Assembly (NCBI GenBank): GCA_032718475.1
Contig: JAUCBJ010008130.1
Location: forward strand, 1-64,000
Origin: Nemertoderma westbladi
Lineage: Eukaryota; Animalia; Xenacoelomorpha
Direction: 5' to 3'
DNA length: 64,000 nucleotides
The translations under genes and the position numbers were made by a program. The stretch's first letter is position 1; each line of letters begins with the position of its first letter. A model generated the notes under the pieces. That model saw only the letters and a program-made list of their open reading frames with translations, did not search any database and was not told the origin of the DNA. Shown piece by piece: positions 25,906 to 37,719 of the stretch.

Positions 25906-27301
25906 CAAGCCGGGGTTTTAATTGTTTCCCATTTTGGTTAATAACAGTTTGAGGTGACATATTGGTTTTCTGGGTGGCGAAGTGCATCAGGGATTGCTCC
26001 TGTAACGCTCCCCTGATACAATATTTCAGGGAACCTGGAATTTGTATCTCAAAAAAAAATGCACTTCGTCATCTGGCAAGTGATTGTTTTAAATCACTAT
26101 GAGGCTGGTTTCTTTTCTAGAATATGACCTGCCTGGTTTGTATTACTTATAGGGTTAAGGCAAGCTCGGATGGTCGTGCGACCCTGATCCTTTATACCCT
26201 CTCATTCCCTCCATCCACTCCCTGAATTCAATGGAATCAGTAAAAATTTCATAAGAGTTCTCAAACTTGTATTTTTCGCCGGTGGGTGAAAATTGTTGTG
26301 CCAGCACCAAATTTTGGAAAATATGCAAATTGATCAGTAGATAGTATCACCTTGTTCTTGCGTTATACGGGTTTATGAGGGTCCTGAATCCGATGGAATT
26401 AATAAAAACAGCACTGGACATCGTTAACTTGTACTTTTTGGTGCTGGGTATGAAATTTGGTGCTAGCACCAAAATTTGCCAAATTACGCCAAAAAATACA
26501 AGTAGCAATGATCTGGCATATTAGAAATGTATTCCATTAAAATCAGCGCCGTCGAAAACCTGAAAATGTGAATTTATAGCATCGTATAAGTTAATTAAAA
26601 ATTTTGTGTTCTAACTGAAAAGTGCTGGTTACTTGTTTTTTTGATTTTTTTCCTACGCAGAGAGGACTAAACAGCCATTTATAGTAATCATATCATTTTT
26701 AAATATTTTCCAATGTATTTTGCACCCCAGAATACCTGTATTGAAAAATAATTAGCCGAAAATGTAACTTTCAAATTTTGTGAAAATTGTGCACTACTTG
26801 TAATTTTGGTGCTGCAATATAACCACCCCAGTACATTTTTTCGAAAATTTTTTTTTCGGTCGGATCCAGACAAGTGTTACCTACGTACGAACAAAAAATC
26901 AGACGTTTTCGTAAATATTTGTAGATTTTAGAAGGGGGGGGGGGGGGGGGGGTCAATATGACCCCCCCCCCCGGTATTTGTACAACATTTTATAGCCCGA
27001 CAAGCCGGGGTATTAATTGTTTCCCATTTTGGATAATAACAGTTTGAGGTGACATATTGGTTTTCTGGGTGGCGAAGTGCATCAGGGATTGCTCCTGTAA
27101 CACTCCCCTGATACAATATTTCAGGGAACCTGGAATTTGTATCTCAAAAAAAAATGCACTTCGTCATCTGGCAAGTGATTGTTTTAAATCACTATGAGGC
27201 TGGTTTATTTTCTAGAATATGACCTGCCTGGTTCGTATTACTTATAGGGTTAAGGCAAGCTCGGATGGTTGTGCGACCCTGATCCTTTATACCCTCCCAT
27301 T
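25906..27301. repeat. ~300-bp direct duplication (25906-26205 and 27001-27301), each copy containing a piggyBac-like end (tagggttaa)
   Basis: caagccgggg...tataccctc is repeated. AGGG|TTAA at 26151-26158 and 27246-27253. G/C-run palindrome ggggtcaatatgacccc at ~26935-26972. Confidence 0.7.
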
Positions 27302-27750
27302 GTGAAGGCGGCAAACATCACTAAATGGTAAACGCGAGGTGTGCGTAAACGGATAAAACCACACATTCTTATATGTGGCTGTCCTGTGAAAGGAGTGCTA
27401 ACATGCGAATCCCAGCTGGAGAGAGACCATCCGATCCCAAACCAAGGGAATAAAACCAATGACCAACCATGGAGCAAAAGGTGGATCATCTTGGAGGCAT
27501 GAGTCAGACATCCGTCGCTAACCAACAGGGGAAAGGGAAGGCATCAACCCAAACTATATTGCCTTAAGTGATCCATGGAGTTAGCTTATGGAATGACTAA
27601 CTCACATGTAATAATTGTGAACTAAGTCCAATTACTGATAGGCCTGCTGACTGCCAGCTGGCCAGTATGTGACATATGCTGGTGTTGAATGTTGAATCGA
27701 AAAATGAAAAAGTTTCAAATTAAAGTAGGCTAAAAAAAGATTCAAATTAA

Positions 27751-28468
27751 GGGGGGGGGGGGGGTAGACCATTTTGGTCCAAAATATGTCGAAATTTCTT
27801 TTATGGTCTATTGTAATGCACCATTGAATGGTGTTTCCAAATCTGAAAACCGCTATTTAATAGCTCTTTCAGTTTTCAAGTTATGTAAATTTCCTTTTAC
27901 GGAATCCTATTGAAATTACTATTACTATGTATAATGAAAGGTCGATTATCTCCAAATATTTTTTTCATGAAATTGTCAACTTCAAAACCCTACTACTTCT
28001 ACAATTTTTGAGTAATTAGTCTGAAACTTCCTGTGGGTGTCTAGATAGTCACCCTGCATAAAAGTATCAGGCAACTTTTCGAAATTTTTTGTTAATAAAA
28101 TTTAATACTATTTATAAAAAACCTAAAAATTTGCATAAATTTGCAGCGCCACCTAGCGGTGCAGAATTATTTTAACAAAATTTCGCCTGATAGTTATGTT
28201 GCCCCATCTTTGATCTATCATATAAAAAAACTTTCATGTGATTAGGTTCAAAACTGTAAAAGCCTTAGGGTTTTAAGCGCAACCAAGTTTTTTTTGTTGT
28301 TAACTAGTATTAACTAATATTAAATAGCGAAAAAAAAATATTTTCTGACCTGTCATGTAGAATAGCATCTTAGGCACCTATATGCCAAATTTTAGCCAAA
28401 ATCAAACAATTTTGAAACGCTGAGAGTGATAAATCGAAGAGTTGTCCGAAAATGGTGTACCCCCCCCC
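27751..28468. mobile_element. Non-autonomous Kolobok-like DNA transposon (TTAA TSD, GG...CC ends)
   Basis: ttaa|ggggg..tagaccatttt ... aaaatggtgtacccccc|ttaa. It interrupts a short aaaagattcaaattaaagtagg tandem repeat. Confidence 0.75.
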
Positions 28469-28659
28469 TTAAAGTAGGATATAAAAAAAGATTGAAATTA
28501 AAGTAGGATATAAAAAAAGATTCAAATTAAAGTAGGATATACATACAATAAGATTCAAATTAAAGTAGGCCAAGGAAGTAAAAAAGTTTCAAATTAAAGT
28601 CAGAAAGTGTCTGCTATCTGCAGCCATAACATTCAGCAGTACTGTACCGTAATAGGCTT

Positions 28660-29089
28660 AATACTGGTTGATGATCGGATTTAGCCTTTACTGCCTTCAT
28701 CAGGGAAGAAGATCTTGGGTCTCCTCTCCATGAACTAGAGGCCTAATCGCCAAACTCTGTCTTCTCTCTCTGTCTGGGGATATTGAGACGAACCCAGGAC
28801 CCAGCAGGACACGGGCCCTGAAGATCAACTGTTCTGTCTGTCAACGAGAAACAAACTCTCTGAGTAAGATCATCCAATGCGAGAGTTGTGACACATTTGT
28901 ACATTTAAAATGTTACCGTAGGAAAAGCATTAATTTATTCTCCACCAGAAGCAATCCTGAGCCAAGCTTTCTCTGCAATAGCTGTATTTTTACCGAACTT
29001 CCCTTTCATGATACTATTTCAGAATCAGAAACCGATGATTCATTCCTCACATCGCCTCTGCAAACTCCAAGTGATGCTGAGAGTGAAAC
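28660..29089 (+). mobile_element. 5' coding part of a CR1/L2-group LINE: 2A-like StopGo peptide followed by a PHD finger
   Basis: LLSLSGDIETNPGP (DIETNPGP at 28779-28802), then CSVC...IQCESCDTFVHLKC...FLCNSC. Continues at ~33290. Confidence 0.85.
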
Positions 29090-29103
29090 TTTTTTGTTTT
29101 TTT

Positions 29104-29744
29104 GGTTGTAGAGGAGGCACCGTCTGTGGTCGTTGGTGCGGTACTTACAGCGGCCTCGGTTGTAGAGGAGGCACCATCTGTGGTCGTTGGTGCGGTACTT
29201 TCAGTGACCTCGGTTGTAGAGGAGGAACCATCTGTGGTCGTTGGTGTGGTACTTTCAGCGGCCTCGGTTATAGAGGAGGCACCATCTGTGGCCGTTGGTG
29301 CGGTACTTACAGCGGCCTCGGTTGTAGAGGAGGCACCATCTGTGGCCGTTGGTGCGGTACTTTCAGCGACCTCGGTTGTAGAGGAGGCACCATCTGTGTT
29401 GTGTCTGCTACTTCGGTGAGATTTATTGGGGTAATGGTGGTGGACTCCGCTGGTCCAGGCTGTAAGAACACCATTAATAATATTACAGTTATAATAAATG
29501 CCAGAAGAGATGTGATTATTGCGAATGAAACCTTAATCTGATGTTCCGGAGCTTTAAGGATTCTGCACAGCCAGTTTGATTGTTCTACATTGTTCTGTTG
29601 AGGTGAGCTCGGGATGTTCGCCTCAACGTTTACTTCTTGTATTTGTGTCGGCCGCTCAACTTCCTCCAACTCAATTTTTTCCACAGTCGTTGCATAAGAA
29701 CTCTGTGATGAAGATTGACTGGTTCTATTAAACAAAGACGCCAT
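29104..29744 (-). pseudogene. Type II membrane protein fragment with 54-bp Thr/Ser mucin repeats (frameshifted)
   Basis: ATG 29744, TM segment VSFAIITSLLAFIITVILLMVFL. A frameshift near 29400 leads into (TDGASSTTEAAVSTAPTT)n; 54-bp period at 29104, 29158, 29212. Confidence 0.55.
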
Positions 29745-29936
29745 GATCACCTTCTTGTCTACATCTTTTTTGCATTAATTTGTGAGTAAACACCAAATAC
29801 TTGTTTGTGTGGTGTCTAAAAAATCTCGCCAGAACAGATTCAAGTAAACATAGTTAGTAACTTTCGAGAAAAGTCGTTTTAACCTCCAAGAGACGTCTGA
29901 CGTCTGTTGAAAATTTATATCATTATAATAAGCTAG

Positions 29937-32276
29937 GGTACTACTATGTTATGGGTACCCATTTTTTGACCAATTATTTGTCCATTGTAATAGCTATTAT
30001 CATGAGGCTTTTTGTTTTAGAACATAAATTTCATCTCCTTAGAGACGATAGCTATTGTTTTTTTATGGTAGCTAGTGTTTTTTTTAAGGTAGCTACTGTT
30101 TTTAAAATTACAAATCCTAATTCTTGGTACATATTTTTTGATAAATTTTTCGACTTGTTAATATATATTATCATAATGTTCTGTTGTTCTAGAACATAAA
30201 TTTCATCTTCTGAAAGACGTTAGCTATTGTTTTTTTATGGTAGCTAGTGCTTTTTAAAGGTAGCTACTGTTTTTAAAATTACAAAACCAAATTTTTGGTA
30301 GCTATTTTTTATGAAATTTTGGACTTGTTAAAGGATATTTCATAATGTTTTTTTGTTCTAGAACATAAATTTCGCATTTTGAAAGATGTTAGCTAGGCCT
30401 ATAATTTTTTATTATCGTAGCTAGTGTTTTTTAGGGTATCCAGTATTCTTAAAATTCAAGAGAAAATTTTTAGTGCCCCCTTTTATTTAAATAATTTCCA
30501 TAATATCAAGATATTCTAGAATTTTGTATATTATGTTTTGATATTAATCTCGATATAATGGCTAGTGGATATTCTCGACATACCTTTCATTTGCCTACTA
30601 TACATGACCCTACTGTGAATGAATTTGTGAAATTTAATGAAACTGAAGGTGACGCAATTAATTATGCACAATCTCAAGGGCTTTTACCCCCCATGGATTC
30701 AAAGAAATCATGCAAAACTTGTGAATCTCCGGCATCATTAACAGTTTGGAATAAGTATGGGTTTCCACGATTAATGTGGCGTTGCAAAGGTAAATCGCGA
30801 CATCGAATTAGTGCTCATAATGGAACATGGTTTGGGGGAAGCCACTTACTTGTTAGACAAATTCTTTGGCTCCTCTTCTCCTTCATTGCCGAAAGGTCCT
30901 TCAAGCTTACACATAAGCTTTTAGGAGACCAAATGGGCTCATCAAACGATGTTGTCATTGTCGATTGGCACAATTATATTCGTGAGGTTATGCACAAGGA
31001 ATTGGTCAATGCTAAACCAATGGGTGGGCCAGGCCAAATCGTGCAGATTGATGAGTCGTTTTTCAGTGGAAGAAGGAAGTATAAAAGAGGTAGGAAATTA
31101 CTTGGAGATGCAGTGCCGTCAGCAAAGTGGAATTATGGAAATCAGGTTGTTGGTCCATGGGTGTTTGGGATGGTTTGTGTTTTGGCTTCTGGGGAGACAG
31201 ATATACGTCTGTTCCGTGTTGCACGCAGAGATGCGCGCACTCTGCGACCAATTATAGAAAAAATGTCAAGGGTGGAAGCCACATACAAAGCGATGAATGG
31301 AGTGCCTATTGTGGCACTAATCAAGGAATAACCAACGAAAAAAACCCATGGAAATGTGTAGACGGTAGCGGAACATATACACATTCGTCAGTCTGTCACT
31401 CTAAGAAAAAGACCAAGAAAAAGTTGACTTGGATGCAAAAAAAAAGAAGGGGGAGGTTTGTAGATCCGTTCACTGGCTGTAATACGCAACGCATTGAAGT
31501 CATGTGGTCCCATGCAAAGCTTACTCTAATGCGAAAAAAGCGTGGTACTCGTGAGGAGTTGGTGAAACATCACTTAGCAGAATTCTGTTGGCGTCAACTC
31601 CACAAGAAAACGCCATTTTTGGATGCCCTTGAAATGATAAAGAAATATTATTAAACATGATAAACAGTCTTGTAAGCAACGGTACCGGTATAGTAATTTA
31701 TATTTCTGACTGAGTGTAATAAAAAATATACATAATTTTACATAACTTACATTACACAACTTGATTGACAACATGAATAATATTAACTGTATTTTTACAG
31801 CACATAAAAAAACTAGCTAGTAAATAATTATGACTCGCTATAACCCCCTGGCTATAAAATTCAAATTACTAGCTACCATTACTCATAAATTATTCCACAT
31901 AAATGTAATTGAGGATTAAATTATATTTTTTATTTTTTTAACTAGCTAATAAAAAGTACTAGCTAACACAAAATTAAAATTACTAGCTATCATCTTACTG
32001 TCAGAAGGTCAAATATTTATTCTAATACAAAAACCCTCATGCTTAAAGCCATTTTTACAAGAAAACAGTAGGTCAAAATTTATTTTCAAATTTTCAATCT
32101 AAATTTTTTTAACTAGCTAATAAAAAGTACTAGCTAACACGAAAATAAAAATTTATGGCTACCAACTAACTGTCAGAAGGTCAAATATTTGTTCTAGAAC
32201 AAAAAACCTCATAATAAAAGCCATTTTCATAAGAAAAAATTGGTCAAAAAGTGGGTACCCATAACATAGTAGTACC
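29937..32276 (+). mobile_element. Merlin (IS1016/ISXO2-like) DNA transposon
   Basis: TIR ggtactactatgttatgggtaccca / tgggtacccataacatagtagtacc. 8-bp TSD taagctag/tatgctag (1 mismatch). Subterminal tandem repeats at both ends. Confidence 0.92.
30558..31654 (+). pseudogene. Merlin DDE transposase, frameshifted in an A-run at ~31258-31263
   Basis: GGPGQIVQIDES, WVFGMV, RRDARTLRPII | IQSDEWSAY, HSSVCHS, FVDP..NTQRIE. Confidence 0.9.
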
Positions 32277-32380
32277 TATGCTAGCTAGCTTTGGAGATCA
32301 GACAGAGATTTACGTTTAATTTCAATACAATACATAATAAATAATAATGCAAACGTGCATTATTTATAAAAATGAAGGGA

Positions 32381-32589
32381 TTTTTACTAATAATATATAT
32401 TTTTACTAATAATATATATTTTTACTAATAATATATATTTTTACTAATAATATATATTTTTACTAATAATATATATTTTTACTAATAATATATATTTTTA
32501 CTAATAATATATATTTTTACTAATAATATATATTTTTACTAATAATATATATTTTTACTAATAATATATATTTTTACTAATAATATATA
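32381..32589. repeat. 19-bp AT-rich minisatellite (~11 copies)
   Basis: Unit tttttactaataatatata. Confidence 0.95.
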
Positions 32590-33029
32590 CTTCTAGAACA
32601 AGTAATTATTATAGTAACATACATTTATAATTAAGAAAACTCCCAAAATTTTAATGTTTTAACGGGACGACCACTTACCTTATTTTCTATTTTAAGATAA
32701 AATGTAATAAAAATTGTGCTGCAGATCATTTTTCAACTAAAATTTACAAGAAAATGGGTCGTAGGAAAAATGAAATAACTAAATGAAAAAATATAGCAAA
32801 TTTATTTTTTTTCTGCTAATTTGCTTTATGTATTTAATTATTTCTGTTTTTATAGCCAATTTTTCAGATTAAAGCCCAAAATTTGTGTATTTTGTGTTTG
32901 TGTATTTAATTCAAAATTATTTTCACAAACAAGACTGTTTGTTAGCTATGCCAGAATGAAAATGCTGCAATCATTTCATAAGTAGGACTTATTGATCATT
33001 TTATCATTATAGAAGTAAAAAGAGAATTG

Positions 33030-33285
33030 CCGAAGTGCAGGCTGCTGCAAAGAGCATTAAGACCAATCGTGCCAGTGGAGTAGATGGTGTTCCCCCTGAG
33101 GTCTTTAAAATACCTGAGTGTTTAAAGCTCATCTATCCCATCATAGTAGACATGTACCGAACAACAAGAGTCCCACAAGAAATGAAAACAAAAGCAGACT
33201 AGACTAGACTAGAGAGTGATCTAGACTTTGCTGATGACTTAGGAGTACTCTCAGAATCACTAGAGGGAGCCCAACGGCTCCTCAG
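33030..33285 (+). mobile_element. Internally deleted RTE-like RT fragment
   Basis: RASGVDGVPPEVFK... joined to DLDFADDLGVLSESLEGAQRLL. Confidence 0.65.
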
Positions 33286-33289
33286 ACCT

Positions 33290-35163
33290 TTTTTTAAGAA
33301 AAAAGGTCTGCATATTTTGCATTTAAACGCACGATCTCTGCTTCCCAATCTTTCCGAAATTCGTATTTTAATCAATAAATCCAACCCAGCAGTTTTAACA
33401 ATCTCTGAAACTTGGCTTTTTATTAAACGATAAAACAAAGGAAGGACTGTCAGCCACAGGCTGTGTGCTGTGGCTGACAGTCCTTCCTTTGTTTTATCGT
33501 TTAATATTTTTACTCGCCACATTCCCCAACATGAATTTTAATTGGCTTTTTATAATGATAATTACATAGTTTTACGTAAGGATAGGGACAGACATGGTGG
33601 TGCGTGGTGGTGTCTGTACTTACATTCAATGTGATTTAGCTTTTAATCGCAGGGAAGATTTAGAGACTTGTGACGAAGTTTTACTGGTGGAACTTTTACT
33701 TCCTAAAACTAAAACTATTTTCATCGGTACCTTATATCGGCCCCCTAAACAATCAGATTTTTTGCAAAATTTTAAAAATACAATTTTATGTAATCTTAGG
33801 TCAGACAGTGAAAAATATTTCTTAGGTGATTTTAATATCTGTTACCATCACAAAGCATCCCCCATCTGTAAACAGTACGAAAGTATTTTAAATTTGTTTG
33901 GTTTAAAACAAATTATTCTAGATTCTACCAGAATTACCAGTAAAACTTCTACTTTACTAGATCACATCCTTTGTAATAATACCGATATTATTTCTCAATC
34001 TGGGGTTTTACCTATGGTCTATATACGTCTGTGTATAGGTATAGGTCTAAGCGATCATTTTATAGTTTTTTGCACAAGAAAGACACAAAAATCTTTTTTC
34101 GGGGATCATGAAACAGTAACAGTTAGGTCTATGAAAAATTACAGCAAGGAACGCTTTTTAAGTTTGTTAGTTAATTCTGACTGGGAACCCTGTTTTAAGG
34201 CTGCTGACATTAACCTTGCGTACACTGTTTTTAAAGATATATTTTTAAAGGCACTTAATACTGTAGCACCAATTAAAGAAATTAGTCTTAAACAACGCAC
34301 TGAGCCCTGGATGACCTCGGGTAGTCTTAGTAATATCAGAGAAAGAGATAACTATTTGTATAAATTTAGGAAATGTGATGTTTTAGCTGATTATAATAAT
34401 TACTACAAATATAGAAACCTTGTCCAACGGGAAATAAAAAAAGCTAAATCTGAATATTTGTACAACAAAATAAGTGAGAATAAAGATAATCATAAAAATC
34501 TATGGTCTACCCTAAAATCTTAAATCTAAATCGAATCTTGTTCTGCAAGATAACGGTGAGATGATTCATGATCATACTCTAGTTAGTAATTTATTTAATA
34601 ATTATTATTATAATATATATTGCATATTATATTATATCTTAATATAATATTATAATTAATATTGCCTCTAATTTAGTTAAGAAGTTACCGTTATCAAGTA
34701 AAACATATACTGTAGTATAGGGTCTGAAACTCTAAATAAATTTTATTTAGAAAAGTTACAAAATTCATAAAAGTTATTTTTAAAACCCGTTTCTGGGGAT
34801 TTCGTTTTTCGAAATCTACTTAGCCTATCAGCCTCAAAAAGTACCGGTCTAGACCTAATACCTTCCCGTTTTCTTAAGGATGGTGCTGAAGTACTTAAAC
34901 TGCCTAATACTTTTATTATTAATTAATCTATCATAGATAATGTAGTACCAGACGAATTGAAATTAGCTAAGATTAGTCCTCTGTATAATAATAATAGTAA
35001 AGTAGAACCCTGTAATTACAGACCTGTTAGTATCTTAAGTATTGTATCTTAAAATTCTAGAACGTTCTGTTTTTGTACAGCCGGAAGCACATCTTAGTAG
35101 GCTAAATCTGATCTATGAACTTCAGTCCAGTTTTCGTAAATCATATTCTACAGACACCTGCCT
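33290..35163 (+). mobile_element. CR1/L2-group LINE ORF continued: APE endonuclease and start of RT, decayed
   Basis: KKGLHILHLNARSL, ISETWL, YRPP, LGDFN, LDHI, SDH, EPWMT, NYRPVSIL, QSSFRKSYST; stops and frameshifts. Confidence 0.85.
33421..33506. repeat. Perfect 39-bp inverted repeat hairpin inserted in the APE domain
   Basis: 33421-33459 pairs with 33468-33506 around an 8-nt loop. Confidence 0.9.
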
Positions 35164-36230
35164 TATTATTTTTTATTTAAACATCCGGCTTACGCCCCGG
35201 CGGCTATTATTGGTAAAATGGTCTAGCAACATCAATTTAATTAAAATAACACACAAAATAAGAGCAACAAGATACAATAACAATACAATACGGCCGGTTT
35301 TGGCATGTAAGGCCCGAAAAGCAAATAGTATCATATCAGTTAAAATAACATGTATCATTTGGAGTATTATTGATTAAGTATTATTTATTATACTTATGCT
35401 TTTATAGATATTATTATTATTGATCAAGATTATAAAAGTCCAATACAACTATGTGGCGAGCTGCATGTGAGCCAGTGGTGCAACTCAGTATGGTACCAAT
35501 AAAAAAGAGTTTATACTGACTAGCAGGACTCAGTTCGGTGGCTTGAGATTTCCATGTCGATTCCGTATGGCCTTGAAACTGTATCTGGAGACACTCAGAG
35601 AAGACAAACTTGGTAAACCGAGGTGCCATGCGGAGACACCATAACGGAAGAATATCTGAGCACTAGACAAACCTGCAAGGTGCAGACAGATTAAATGATG
35701 AAAGAAAAAAAGAACCTTTCTATTAGGACAATTTAAGATGCTGTAGGTAAATGACGCAGTTTTGAAGTGTAGGAAATCTTCCAGGTTGATCATACCAAAG
35801 AGTTTACATAGAATTCCATTAGAAACATAGTTTCCTATTGCACATATAGTTCTCATTGCTTTATGAAGTTGTAGTGATATCTCTGCAATATTGGGTTTAT
35901 CAAGTTCCGAGCATCCATACAGTATTGACGGGAGGCACATCACCTTCCATATTTTAACAACAACTGCCCGCAACAACAATAACACTGTTAATGCAAAGAC
36001 CACGTGCCTCCATTCTGCTGACACAAGTCCAAATTTTACATTTTACAAACTGAGTCAAAGATTGCGACGTCATGGGAAAGGGCAAACCTAGATAGTTGCA
36101 ATCCTTCACAGAAACCAAAATATTGCTGTCTGTCCCATTTATGAATTCCAATGATTCCTCTCCATAGCTCGTTCTAGCTCCATTCAGGTATACGAAATGA
36201 GTCTTTTTTATGTTTACAAGCAACTTATGT
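35164..36230 (-). mobile_element. 3' part of an APE-RT LINE (RTEX/Proto2-like), split by the BEL element
   Basis: Reads HKLLVNIKKTHF...YLG...MCLPSILYGCSE, continuing the RT that breaks at 50718. A-rich aataa tail at ~35164-35180. Confidence 0.8.
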
Positions 36231-37719
36231 TGTCCGCGGTATTTCAACTTTTCATAACGCGAGTTGAATATTTTTTGTATTTATTTAAAATGATTATTCC
36301 GATATCACTACTGGGTGCGGGACCATGGGTTTTGGGCACACTCAATGAACTGGGGGCGATTTATGGGCGAACTTTGGGGCGTCTTACAGGGTACGGGACT
36401 CATTTCAGGTTTATAAGGGCCAGGGGTGGGAGGCAAAATTAAGCAGTATTCAGGTTTGCCTGAGTACTATTAGGCCTAGCCAACGTCCTGCTGCCTGTAG
36501 AGGTGGATTTGGTAACTCGCTAGGTCTAAAGGACAAGGACTGCCCTTAGCGGTCCCTGGCTAACAGCAGTTATTACAAGCCTGAAAAGGATATCGGAAAG
36601 TATGCTGCTTGTGTCAGGGATTTGCGACGGGAAACGACAGCCCCCTTAGCCAAGCCGTACTGGTTCTCGATGACCGATCCCTTCGGGGTTCGCGAGGGGT
36701 GGGATGGACACGCGAAAGGGCGGCCGACTAATAGAGGAAGGGTTTGACGAGGACTGCCCTTAGCGGTCTCTGGTCAACAGCAGTTATTACGAGCCTGAAA
36801 AGGACATCGGAAAGTCTGCTGCTTGTGCCAGGGATTTGCGACGGGAACCGACAACAGACCCCTTAGCCAAGCCGTACTGGTTCTCGATGATCGTTCCCTT
36901 CGGGGTTCGTGAGGGGTGGGATGGACACGCGATGGGGTCGAAAGACAGAGGACTGGACTCTACTGGCCTACCGACTGTCGGAGCAGTTTCTCGGCCGCCG
37001 AAGCGACTATGAGCCTGAATAAGGACTCGGAAAGCCTAGGTGGTTGGGTCTCTGCGATGAACCGACGGACCCCTAGCCAAGCCGTACTGGTTCTCAATGA
37101 TCGTTCCCTTCGGGGCTCGTGAGGGGTGGGACGGACACGCGAACGGGTCCACCGACACGACAGACTCCTAGCCAAGCCGTACTGGTTCTCGATGACTGAT
37201 CCCTTCGGGGTTCGAGAGGGGTGGTACGGATACGCGACAGAGTCTACCGACTGGACCGACCCTTAGCCAAGCCGTACTGGTTCTCGATGATCGATCCCTT
37301 CGGGGTTCAGGAGGGGTGGGATGGACACACGACAGGGTCGACCGACACCGACACTACGGCACCAAAACTAGGACCGAGGGAAAATCTGGGGAACATTAGT
37401 TAGGCTAAAATCTGAGCGAACATTGGGTAATTAAATAATTTACTGTAGGGATTTATATTGTCGTGTATTATTATTGTGAATAATTTGGTGTATATTGATT
37501 TGGGGAAGCCCAATTTATTCTCAATCAAGGTTCAACTGTAGGGAAGTTACATTAAAGCGTATATCCAACCAATGCAGCTTTTTCTCAACCGCAATCTTGC
37601 ATTTAAGAACATTCCTTCTCCACAATCAATATCCGGTGACTGGCCGGGATTCCGTGGTCTGTAAAATTCCGCCTCCAGCATCGGCGTTTTCCCCCATGGT
37701 GTCGGGAATAACGGCAACA
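36231..37719 (+). repeat. 5' LTR (1489 bp) with internal structured repeats
   Basis: Aligns end to end with 49228-50717. Confidence 0.95.

Noticed and set aside
26979-27236. Solo LTR inserted in a piggyBac-like end (tatt direct repeat)
   Set aside because: It starts with TG but lacks a CA end; the evidence is too weak.
29008-29541. Plus-strand Cys/Gly-rich protein (GCRGGTICGRWCG repeats)
   Set aside because: Antisense reading of the 54-bp mucin repeat; the minus-strand TM-mucin reading is more coherent.
30558-31654. Bacterial IS1595 or contamination
   Set aside because: Long subterminal repeats, an 8-bp TSD and the eukaryotic context fit Merlin.
36640-37340. LTR repeats as a CRISPR array, or as a hammerhead/HDV ribozyme or group II intron domain V
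   Set aside because: They lie inside both LTRs. There is no CUGANGA...GAAA core. The minus-strand GGCTAAGGG and plus-strand AGCCGTAC resemblances could not be extended to full folds. Kept only as an unknown structured motif.
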